Source of the DNA: Candidatus Nanopusillus sp.
GTDB taxonomy: Archaea; Nanobdellota; Nanobdellia; Nanobdellales; Nanobdellaceae
DNA: 16,347 nt
Assembly (NCBI GenBank): GCA_046536775.1
Contig: JAWDMD010000011.1
Coordinates: 1-16,347 of the forward strand
Direction of reading: 5' to 3'
Positions within the stretch are counted from its first letter, which is position 1, and every line of letters starts with the position of its first letter. The notes beneath the pieces are model-generated. The model ran no database searches, was not told the origin of the DNA, and was given only the letters and a program-made list of their open reading frames with translations. A program made the translations under genes and the position numbers. Positions 1 through 6,575 of this stretch are shown here, piece after piece.

Positions 1-1
1 T

Positions 2-1558
2 TTATATAATTTTAGTGTAAATAATGCAGGTTATTATGTAATATATCAAGATTATATAAAAACAATATGCAATAGTCCATCAAATTATATATGTGATGCA
101 AATGGAACTTTGTGTAATATTGGTCATATAGTAGGACAGGCAGAAGGATGGTTACCAATATCTCCAGAACCGGGATATTATTTATTAGTAATAAATCCAA
201 ATGCTACTGTATATTTGCAAAATTTAACATATTATCCATATATTTACAATATAAATCCTGGCGATGCAATTTATATTGGTAATATAACAAATGTTGGAGT
301 TGGAAATCTTACAATAAATATAAATTGGTCTCTTCCAAATGATCCAAATAGTAGTTTCTTATTACAGGAACAACAGTATTCTCCATTATATATTTATTTC
401 CCAACAAATCTATGTTTACATCAAGATTGTACAGTAAATTATAGTGTAACATATCAGAATGCATATGGTTTAACAGTATATAGTCCTGTAACATATTATG
501 GATATGTAAATATTAATTGGGATACATTAAATATATATACTAATCCATCATTAACGCAAGTAACATATGGACAACCTTCGTATATAACATTAGCAGTACA
601 AAATACAGGACCAGTACCTGCTGAAAATATATCTGTACAAAATGTATATTATAATTCAAATTGTATACAAGTATTAAATACTAGAGGTCAAATAAATTCA
701 TTAAATACAAATCAAGTAGGTTACTTAAATGTAGAAATTAACATAACAAATCCATATTGTTCTCCACAGGATTATAATATAACATTTACAGTTTATGGAT
801 GGAATACATATGTATATAATTATTCAATAATATTACCAATAAGTTATATAATTTCTCCACCAAATGGAGCACAATTGCAATCAATAACAACATTTAATAT
901 AGTAGATGAGAATGCACAAACATGTTATATAATATTTAATGGGGCACAATTCTCTAGAAATTGTAATTCAGATTTCACATATCAGCAATCCATGTGTGCA
1001 GGATCATTATGTAATACACAAATTCAATCAATAAATAATTATGTAGAATTCTATGAAAATTATGTATACTATAATTATTTAACTAATCAATCATCAATAA
1101 TAGGAATAGCAGTTGCATCAAGTATAATAAGTTTATATGTTGGACAAGAATATAAATATCCTGTTTTAATAAAGAATTTAGTACCAACAAATATTCAATG
1201 TTCTTTAGTTCCAGTTCCATCAACTACAAATAATAAAGCAATTGTTACAAATTATAGTATAAATGGAATAAGCAGTAATAATTTTGTTATAGGTCCTTAC
1301 GGATCTTCAGAATTAGATATAAATATTTTAGGAACTTCTAGTGGTATAAGTAGTTTATTATATGGTGTAGTATGTAATTCTACATATGGTTCCTCTTCAT
1401 TTAGTACTCAAGTTCCGATATATGTATTTGGACCAAATAATTTAATAGCAAACTATACTCAATCTCAAATAATAGTATCTGAGAAAATATCTCCAACAGG
1501 TTTAATTGGAATTGGAGGTTTAATATTGGGATTATTTGCTTTGTTTAATATAATCTAA
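2..1558 (+). CDS. Large surface/exported protein, 5'-truncated by the window edge. Asn/Tyr/Cys-rich with a C-terminal transmembrane anchor (S-layer-like or adhesin-like; function unknown).
   Basis: Frame 2 is open from base 2, with no stop and no ATG before the TTG at 110 that the ORF track uses. The extra residues (LYNFSVNNAGYYVIYQDYIKTICNSPSNYICDANGT) have the same composition as the rest, so the gene most likely begins left of the window. I hand-counted about 15 N-X-S/T sequons in the 482 listed residues. The last ~21 aa (PTGLIGIGGLILGLFALFNII) form a hydrophobic C-terminal anchor. Confidence 0.75.
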   Translation, partial: LYNFSVNNAGYYVIYQDYIKTICNSPSNYICDANGTLCNIGHIVGQAEGWLPISPEPGYYLLVINPNATVYLQNLTYYPYIYNINPGDAIYIGNITNVGVGNLTININWSLPNDPNSSFLLQEQQYSPLYIYFPTNLCLHQDCTVNYSVTYQNAYGLTVYSPVTYYGYVNINWDTLNIYTNPSLTQVTYGQPSYITLAVQNTGPVPAENISVQNVYYNSNCIQVLNTRGQINSLNTNQVGYLNVEINITNPYCSPQDYNITFTVYGWNTYVYNYSIILPISYIISPPNGAQLQSITTFNIVDENAQTCYIIFNGAQFSRNCNSDFTYQQSMCAGSLCNTQIQSINNYVEFYENYVYYNYLTNQSSIIGIAVASSIISLYVGQEYKYPVLIKNLVPTNIQCSLVPVPSTTNNKAIVTNYSINGISSNNFVIGPYGSSELDINILGTSSGISSLLYGVVCNSTYGSSSFSTQVPIYVFGPNNLIANYTQSQIIVSEKISPTGLIGIGGLILGLFALFNII

Positions 1559-1843
1559 TTTTTTTAATCTTTTTCTTATTTCCAATATTGCATCATGAAT
1601 TGCAGCACCTAAAAATAGAGTTGTTAATATATATAATTCATATAAGTATGTAATCATTCCAATTATTACTGGTATTATACCAAATACTGATAGATATGCA
1701 TGATGTATTTTTGCCCTATATTTTTTTGTATTTGTTTTAATTTCAATAAAGAATTCTGGTGAAAATTTTCTAATTATATAATCTGCTGAGAAATATCCTA
1801 CTAAGAATGATAAACTATAGGTCATTATAGTAATATCGATCAT
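1532..1843 (-). CDS. Small integral membrane protein (about 3 predicted TM segments), function unknown
   Basis: 103-aa ORF with hydrophobic stretches (YSLSFLVGYF, LSVFGIIPVIIGMITYLY, ILTTLFLGAAI) and a basic C-terminus. It is divergent from rps24e with a plausible promoter. Its 3' end overlaps the convergent gene by 27 nt. Confidence 0.55.
   Translation of the reverse strand: MIDITIMTYSLSFLVGYFSADYIIRKFSPEFFIEIKTNTKKYRAKIHHAYLSVFGIIPVIIGMITYLYELYILTTLFLGAAIHDAILEIRKRLKKLDYIKQSK
1559..1578 (+). terminator. Possible oligo-T archaeal termination signal after the surface-protein gene
   Basis: tttttttaatctttttctta (a T7 run then a T5 run) starts directly after the TAA at 1556-1558. Archaeal RNAP terminates at oligo-T runs. 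The tract lies inside the 3' end of the convergent 1532-1843 ORF, and the whole genome is T-rich, so specificity is low. Confidence 0.25.
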
Positions 1844-1897
1844 TTTATAATAATGTCATTCATTATTTTAAAAAATTATATCATATAAATTAATTAC
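1844..1897. promoter_or_regulatory. 54-bp divergent promoter region
   Basis: The A/T near-palindrome ttttaaaaaatt (1866-1877) lies 21-32 nt upstream of the rps24e ATG (1898) and 23-34 nt upstream of the minus-strand ATG (1843). That is TATA-box distance for leaderless or near-leaderless archaeal transcripts. No Shine-Dalgarno-like GGAGG is present. Confidence 0.35.
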
Positions 1898-2182
1898 ATG
1901 GATCTAAAAATAATAAGTAGGGAAAATAATCAATTATTAAATAGAGAAGAAATTATTGTTTTGATAGATCATAAAAATGAACCAACACCAAAGAGAGATG
2001 ATATAAGGGAAAAAGTTTCTGCAATGATTGGAAAAGACAAAAATTTAATTGTAGTAGAAAAAATATTGACAGAATTTGGAAAACAAAGATCAAAAGCATT
2101 TATAAATGTATATCAGAATGAAGAAGATATGAAAAAGTTAGAGCTAAAACATATATTAAAAAGAAATAAAATTATACAATGA
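1898..2182 (+). CDS. rps24e: 30S ribosomal protein S24e
   Basis: The 94-aa product has the S24e pattern: N-terminal LLNREEI, then HxxxPTPKRDDIREKV...GK, and a C-terminal KxxLExKHILKRN. It is followed by an S27ae gene with a 4-nt ATGA overlap, which is the conserved archaeal arrangement. Confidence 0.9.
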   Translation: MDLKIISRENNQLLNREEIIVLIDHKNEPTPKRDDIREKVSAMIGKDKNLIVVEKILTEFGKQRSKAFINVYQNEEDMKKLELKHILKRNKIIQ

Positions 2183-2382
2183 GCGAAAAGAAAGATTTGA
2201 GAATATTAAAATTATACAAGGTTGAGGATAATAAAGTAATTAGATTAAAAAAGATATGTCCAAAATGTGGAAGATTTATGGCAGAGCATGAAGATAGGTA
2301 TCATTGTGGATATTGTGGATATACAGAATTTAAGCAAAATATAGAAAAGAAATATATAAAAGAAATTGGAATACAAATATAA
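2179..2382 (+). CDS. rps27ae: 30S ribosomal protein S27ae (zinc-ribbon)
   Basis: CPKCGRFMAEHEDRYHCGYCGYTEF is the CxxC...CxxC zinc ribbon of archaeal S27ae. Size (67 aa) and position after rps24e fit. Confidence 0.88.
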   Translation: MSEKKDLRILKLYKVEDNKVIRLKKICPKCGRFMAEHEDRYHCGYCGYTEFKQNIEKKYIKEIGIQI

Positions 2383-2686
2383 TATAAAATATTTTGGTCC
2401 TATTAGATCTTTTATTGGTTTAATGTTTCAATTACCAAAAGAAAATACAATATATATTTTAGATTTAAAAAAAGATGTTGAAGATGGGTTTGTTCACACG
2501 TTTTTTTGTTTAAAACCATTAGATATTTATCTATATAATTCAAATTTTGAATTGGTCCAATATTCTAAAAAGTTAAAACCATTTAAAATCTTAGTTCCGA
2601 AGAAAAAATTTAGGTATATAATTGAGGGTTTAGATATAAATGATGATATGTTGAATTATACAATAGAATATTTAAAATCTCTGTAA
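2366..2686 (+). CDS. Small conserved hypothetical protein, tentatively DUF192 (COG1430)-like
   Basis: RSFIGLMF...(F)VHTFFCLKPLDIYLYNSNFELV...KFRYIIEG resembles my recollection of the DUF192 pattern: GLM motif, then a WM.xT..PLDiifid-type segment, then a C-terminal yvLE.xxG. This is from memory, not a search. The start overlaps the rps27ae end by 17 nt. Confidence 0.4.
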   Translation: MEYKYNIKYFGPIRSFIGLMFQLPKENTIYILDLKKDVEDGFVHTFFCLKPLDIYLYNSNFELVQYSKKLKPFKILVPKKKFRYIIEGLDINDDMLNYTIEYLKSL

Positions 2687-3058
2687 ATTATTAGTTAATA
2701 TTTCTATTTCTACAAACAATTTATCGATCATGCTTTTTATTTCTTTTATTCCATTATTTATCTGTCCAATTATTTCAACTTTTATGTTTGGTGTTATATA
2801 TGGATTTCCACTTATTTCTTTATAATATAAAGTTATATAATCTTTTATACTCTCTAAAATACTTATTAACAATTTCATTGAATTTATTAAATTATTAACT
2901 TCTTGCATTTGATAATTATATAAATTATATGGATTTCCACTAATATTTTTTTCATATTCATTTAAACTCTCCAATTGCAAAACATAGTTATTTATCTGTG
3001 ATAATAAATTTCTTATTTGAGTTAATAATTGATTTTCTAAATCTTGTATATTATCCAT
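2672..3058 (-). CDS. Coiled-coil protein with a duplicated ISGNPY motif, function unknown
   Basis: 128-aa ORF rich in heptad-like L/I/N/E/Q patterns. There are two copies of ISGNPY (residues 39-44 and 82-87), each preceded by an acidic/lysine segment. The DNA shows the same duplication: tatatggatttccac occurs near 2800 and again near 2930. A TATA-like element lies upstream. Confidence 0.6.
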   Translation of the reverse strand: MDNIQDLENQLLTQIRNLLSQINNYVLQLESLNEYEKNISGNPYNLYNYQMQEVNNLINSMKLLISILESIKDYITLYYKEISGNPYITPNIKVEIIGQINNGIKEIKSMIDKLFVEIEILTNNLQRF

Positions 3059-3092
3059 AAAATAATTAATATTTTAACTATTTTATATTTTT
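3059..3092 (-). promoter_or_regulatory. Promoter of the coiled-coil protein gene (TATA box abutting the sRNA D box)
   Basis: The minus strand reads aaaaatataaaatagttaaaatattaattatttt-ATG. aatataaaa sits about 24-32 nt upstream of the ATG at 3058, consistent with a leaderless transcript. Confidence 0.4.
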
Positions 3093-3143
3093 TCAGGGAG
3101 GAGGTGTATTCATCATTTATTCAGTCGCGCGCAACATCATCAT
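3093..3143 (-). ncRNA. Archaeal C/D box sRNA (2'-O-methylation guide)
   Basis: The minus strand reads ATGATGA (C) - TGTTGCGCGCGA (12 nt) - CTGA (D') - ATAA - ATGATGA (C') - ATACACCTCCTCC (13 nt) - CTGA (D), 51 nt in total. Both RUGAUGA boxes and both CUGA boxes are perfect, and the spacers have the canonical ~12-nt archaeal length. It is the only G+C-rich non-coding patch in the window. Confidence 0.8.
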
Positions 3144-3754
3144 ATAAATTTTAATATTCCTTCCTTTTTATCTTTATTTAATATTTCCTTTATTGTTTTA
3201 AAATCTTGATCAAAATATTCTCTCCATTCTTTATGATATAATGTAGATGCTGGATGTAATGTTGGAATTATTTTAACAATTTTTTCCCATTTATTTACTC
3301 TAAATATTTTTCCTCTCAATTTTGTTATTGAAGAAAATTTTAATTTAAAATAATCAAAAATCCATTTTGTTGAATAATGACCCAAAGTTACTATTATATC
3401 TGGCTGAATTATTTCTAACTGTTTTACTAACCAAAAAGAACATGCTTTTATCTCTTCTTCTTCCGGTTCTCTATTTTCTGGAGGTCTGCATTTAATAACA
3501 TTAGTTATATATACATCTTTTCTATCCATATTTAATATATTTTTTATATTTTCAGTTAATACTTGTCCAGCTTTTCCAACAAAAGGTTTTCCCTGTTTAT
3601 CCTCTTCTCTACCAGGTGCTTCTCCTATAAATAATATCTTTGAATTTGGATTACCATCTCCAGGAACATAATTTGTTTTAAATTTATATAAAGGACATCT
3701 TGTACATTTTAATATTTGATTATTTATCTCTTCAATCATCTTTTCTTTATCCAT
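3140..3754 (-). CDS. udg: Uracil-DNA glycosylase, family 4 (4Fe-4S type)
   Basis: CTRCPL...GDGNPNSKILFIGEAPGREEDKQGKPFVGKAGQVL...ITNVIKCRPP...C...TLHPAS matches the family-4 UDG hallmarks: the GEAPG..E...G.PFVG.AG motif, the Fe-S cysteines and the C-terminal HPA/S motif. Confidence 0.9.
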   Translation of the reverse strand: MDKEKMIEEINNQILKCTRCPLYKFKTNYVPGDGNPNSKILFIGEAPGREEDKQGKPFVGKAGQVLTENIKNILNMDRKDVYITNVIKCRPPENREPEEEEIKACSFWLVKQLEIIQPDIIVTLGHYSTKWIFDYFKLKFSSITKLRGKIFRVNKWEKIVKIIPTLHPASTLYHKEWREYFDQDFKTIKEILNKDKKEGILKFI

Positions 3755-3787
3755 TAAAAATATAAGTATGATAATTATTTTAGTTTA
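3755..3787. promoter_or_regulatory. 33-bp divergent promoter region (UDG / ureohydrolase)
   Basis: aaaaatataag (3756-3766) lies 22-32 nt upstream of the ATG at 3788. On the other strand, aaataattat lies about 17-26 nt upstream of the ATG at 3754. Only 33 bp separate the two start codons, so both mRNAs must be leaderless or nearly so. Confidence 0.35.
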
Positions 3788-4624
3788 ATGTTTGCACATG
3801 CTCAGGGTGAATATGATAAATCAAAATGGATAATAGTAGGAATTCCATCTGAAATTGGTAGTTTATCTCATATAAAAAATTATATTGAAGGACCTGAATC
3901 AATTAGAGATGCATCATATAGAATATTTTCTCCAGTATTTGGGGATATAAATATGGAAGAAATATACGATTATGGTGATATAGATTTAGAAGATATAAAA
4001 GATCTAGACAAATTATATGAAAAAATATATAATGAAATTAAAAAAATATATAGGAAAGATAAAAAATATATATTTTTGGGAGGAGATCATTCAATAACAT
4101 ATCCAATATTAAAAATTGTTAAAGAAAATTGGGAAGATTTTTATTTATTATATTTTGATGCGCATCCAGACATTCATCCAGATCCTTATCCAAATTATCA
4201 AAGTTTTATTTATCATTTAATAAAAGAAAATTATATTGAACCTGAAAAAATTATTTTTGTTGGTATATCTAATCTATCATTTGAAGAAAAGAATATAATA
4301 AAAGAATGGGGGATAAAATATTATGATCCTTTATATATTTGGGATAATATAAAAGAAATTTCAAGAGAAATATCAAATATATTGGAAAATAAAAATTTAT
4401 ATATTTCAATTGATGTAGATGTATTTGATACAGGATGTGGGCATTGGTTGGAAGGTATTGGAATTAGACCATATCATTATTTTAAGATTATAAAAGAATT
4501 AAGGAATGCTAATTTAATTGGTTTTGATTTGGTAGAATTATTTTCTAATGAGGTATGTGATAATTTAGCTGCAAAAATTATTACTGAATCAATAGCAATT
4601 TTTAATAAATTTATGCAATCTTAA
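3788..4624 (+). CDS. Arginase-family ureohydrolase (agmatinase-like)
   Basis: The family motifs GGDHSITYP, FDAHPDIHP, SIDVDVFD and a late DLVEL are present, so all six Mn-ligand positions (H, D-H-D, D-D) are retained. The segment after DVDVFD (TGCGHW) departs from the usual DPxxAPG. Substrate cannot be assigned from sequence alone. Confidence 0.8.
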   Translation: MFAHAQGEYDKSKWIIVGIPSEIGSLSHIKNYIEGPESIRDASYRIFSPVFGDINMEEIYDYGDIDLEDIKDLDKLYEKIYNEIKKIYRKDKKYIFLGGDHSITYPILKIVKENWEDFYLLYFDAHPDIHPDPYPNYQSFIYHLIKENYIEPEKIIFVGISNLSFEEKNIIKEWGIKYYDPLYIWDNIKEISREISNILENKNLYISIDVDVFDTGCGHWLEGIGIRPYHYFKIIKELRNANLIGFDLVELFSNEVCDNLAAKIITESIAIFNKFMQS

Positions 4625-5258
4625 AATATGTTTGATTAATTCTTTCTAAATATACTGTTGCAAGTTGATAAAATGTAATATTATTTATCGAATAACATGG
4701 TATATAATTGCATATAATATTTCCATTTGTATTTTCTGTACATGTAATATTTTCGGATAAATTTGTTGGAAATAGAAATACAAATGTTTGATTTGAAGTA
4801 CTTTCGTTACTCAAACAAAAATAATATAAAAAATAGTAAAAATCTGAATAATAATTTTTACATATGGTTAATTTAATATAATCCAAAGAATAAGCTATAG
4901 AAATTGGATATTCATATGTATTGCAATTTCCATTAAAATTTATTATTCCAAAACCATAATTGTCTATTTCTGCTCTAAATGCATAAGGAAATATTGTACA
5001 ATTTGGAAGTTCATTATAATATGTTTGATTAAATTGTTCTATTTTTTCTAATGTTGTAAAATATACTGGATAATTTGGATATCCTAAACAATTTGGAGAA
5101 AATAAATCATATAGTATATCCTGTTCATATGAAAAAGATGTTTGCTCTTTATAATTTGTTAAATTTATATTGGAAAATACAGCTAATAAAATTATCATTC
5201 CAACTAAAAATAATACAATTAATATTGTTATAAATACTATAGATAATTGTTCTTTCAT
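4611..5258 (-). CDS. Exported cysteine-rich protein with an N-terminal hydrophobic anchor or pilin-like leader (last gene of the cluster)
   Basis: The N-terminus MKEQLSIVFITILIVLFLVGMIILLAVF has a short charged n-region followed by ~23 hydrophobic residues. There are 8 Cys (hand count) and several N-X-S/T sequons. The 3' end overlaps the convergent ureohydrolase gene by 14 nt. Confidence 0.7.
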   Translation of the reverse strand: MKEQLSIVFITILIVLFLVGMIILLAVFSNINLTNYKEQTSFSYEQDILYDLFSPNCLGYPNYPVYFTTLEKIEQFNQTYYNELPNCTIFPYAFRAEIDNYGFGIINFNGNCNTYEYPISIAYSLDYIKLTICKNYYSDFYYFLYYFCLSNESTSNQTFVFLFPTNLSENITCTENTNGNIICNYIPCYSINNITFYQLATVYLERINQTYFKIA

Positions 5259-5267
5259 CCTATTTAT

Positions 5268-6575
5268 TTATCTTATAATTCCACGTCCTCCACCTCCACC
5301 ACCAGATCCACCCCCACTATTTTGTCCACATGAAGATTGACTAGGTGGTTGTGGTACACATTGATTTGGGAAAGATATGGTTTCTGGACATGTTTGGCTT
5401 GGGCATTCTCCAGGTGAACAGACAGGACATAGAGAAGAGCCAATTATACAATTATAACATTTAATTGAGATTGAATAATAATATGGAAATGTATATGTTA
5501 ATTCGCAATCTTGTTGATTTACATTTACATTACCACAACCATTCTCATAAGAACATGAATATTGCTGATTTTCTAATGTACAACTTTCAGATATTACTTG
5601 ATTGTTTGTTAGATTATACGTTTCAGTACATTTATATATACAATTTAAAAAATAATAATATGTTATATTTTCATAAAAAACAATAGAAGAAATTATTATT
5701 GTTTGTGGATAAGTATTGCCATTATAATATACATTATATTGGTTATCAGAACATTTTAATATTACCCTGCATGCAATTCCCTGTGGATATAAACATGCTT
5801 CGCATGATGGAATATTTACACATCGATATGGAATTATCGTTTCATTACATTGAATATAAGGATTATTTGAAAATTGCTCAAAATCTTGTGCACAATTATT
5901 GGTTGTAACATGATTATATATTTCATTATAGCAATCTTGATATGAGCATTCTGAAAATTCTCCATTTTCAGAAAATTGAAATGCTAAATTATATAAATAA
6001 AATGCAGGATTGTTTGTTATATTTGATGTAGTTGCATATGGAATTATAGAACCTGAAGAAGGACCAGTAATATTTATATATAATCCTTGAACATAAACAG
6101 GAAAATTATAATTGTATTCTCCAGAAGTTATATTACTGCAATCTCCAAAAACTCCTGCTTGATAATTATTTGAAAAATTGAAAGATATGTTATAAGGATA
6201 ATAATATTGATATGCAGTTAAATATTGTCTTCCAAAACTTAATAAAGTTTCAAATCCAGAAGTTAGCAAATTATTATAATATTGAAGTGCATTTTCACAT
6301 TTTTGGGGTAGTTTACACCAGTAGGGATAAGAAGCCCAATTTTCCTTCCCCCATCCATTTGTCCCTGCTACATATGATTCTGCATAACCTTCTTGTGTTA
6401 ATAATGTTTGTAAATATCCTAAAAAATAGTTTGATAATGTAGATAAAGAAGTAAACCTATTAAAAACAATATTTTGATTATAATTATACGTCAATGCATA
6501 AAAAGATAAAAGAATTATTAATATAGCAATTGTTAGAAATAAAACTACATAAATGACTTCTGCCTGATTCTTCAT
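5268..6575 (-). CDS. Exported, extremely cysteine-rich protein with a Cys/Pro-rich C-terminal module and a poly-Gly tail
   Basis: The N-terminus is MKNQAEVIYVVLFLTIAILIILLSFYAL. There are 26 Cys (hand count). The C-terminal 63 aa are CYNCIIGSSLCPVCSPGECPSQTCPETISFPNQCVPQPPSQSSCGQNSGGGSGGGGGGRGIIR. The start overlaps the upstream gene's end by 4 nt. Confidence 0.75.
   Translation of the reverse strand: MKNQAEVIYVVLFLTIAILIILLSFYALTYNYNQNIVFNRFTSLSTLSNYFLGYLQTLLTQEGYAESYVAGTNGWGKENWASYPYWCKLPQKCENALQYYNNLLTSGFETLLSFGRQYLTAYQYYYPYNISFNFSNNYQAGVFGDCSNITSGEYNYNFPVYVQGLYINITGPSSGSIIPYATTSNITNNPAFYLYNLAFQFSENGEFSECSYQDCYNEIYNHVTTNNCAQDFEQFSNNPYIQCNETIIPYRCVNIPSCEACLYPQGIACRVILKCSDNQYNVYYNGNTYPQTIIISSIVFYENITYYYFLNCIYKCTETYNLTNNQVISESCTLENQQYSCSYENGCGNVNVNQQDCELTYTFPYYYSISIKCYNCIIGSSLCPVCSPGECPSQTCPETISFPNQCVPQPPSQSSCGQNSGGGSGGGGGGRGIIR

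Noticed and set aside
12-494. Minus-strand ORFs 12-200 (62 aa) and 309-494 (61 aa)
   Set aside because: They lie entirely inside, and antisense to, the long surface-protein ORF. Their composition (L/I/N/Y/H) is what the reverse complement of an AT-rich coding frame produces. They have no promoter context or motifs.
1489-1558. C-terminal PTGLIGIGGLILGLFALFNII as a PGF-CTERM/archaeosortase sorting signal
   Set aside because: It lacks the PGF tripeptide, the preceding Thr/Ser-rich linker and the trailing basic residues of the defined signal. I kept it only as a generic C-terminal TM anchor.
4395-4470. Ureohydrolase third motif deviates (DVDVFDTGCGHW instead of D.D..DP..APG), raising the possibility of a pseudo-enzyme
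   Set aside because: All six canonical Mn-ligand positions are retained (H of GGDHS; D, H, D of DAHPD; D, D of DVDV), as is the late VEL segment. The deviation is therefore more likely lineage divergence than loss of function.
5280-5315. G+C-rich patch considered as a possible structured RNA or tRNA fragment
   Set aside because: It is in frame within a long ORF and translates to a Gly run. It has no cloverleaf or stem symmetry, so the coding explanation is sufficient.
5465-6442. Plus-strand ORFs 5465-5686, 5699-5908 and 6212-6442
   Set aside because: These are antisense shadow ORFs within the 435-aa cysteine-rich gene. They are short and low-complexity with no recognisable features. The minus-strand frame is far longer and belongs to a coupled operon.
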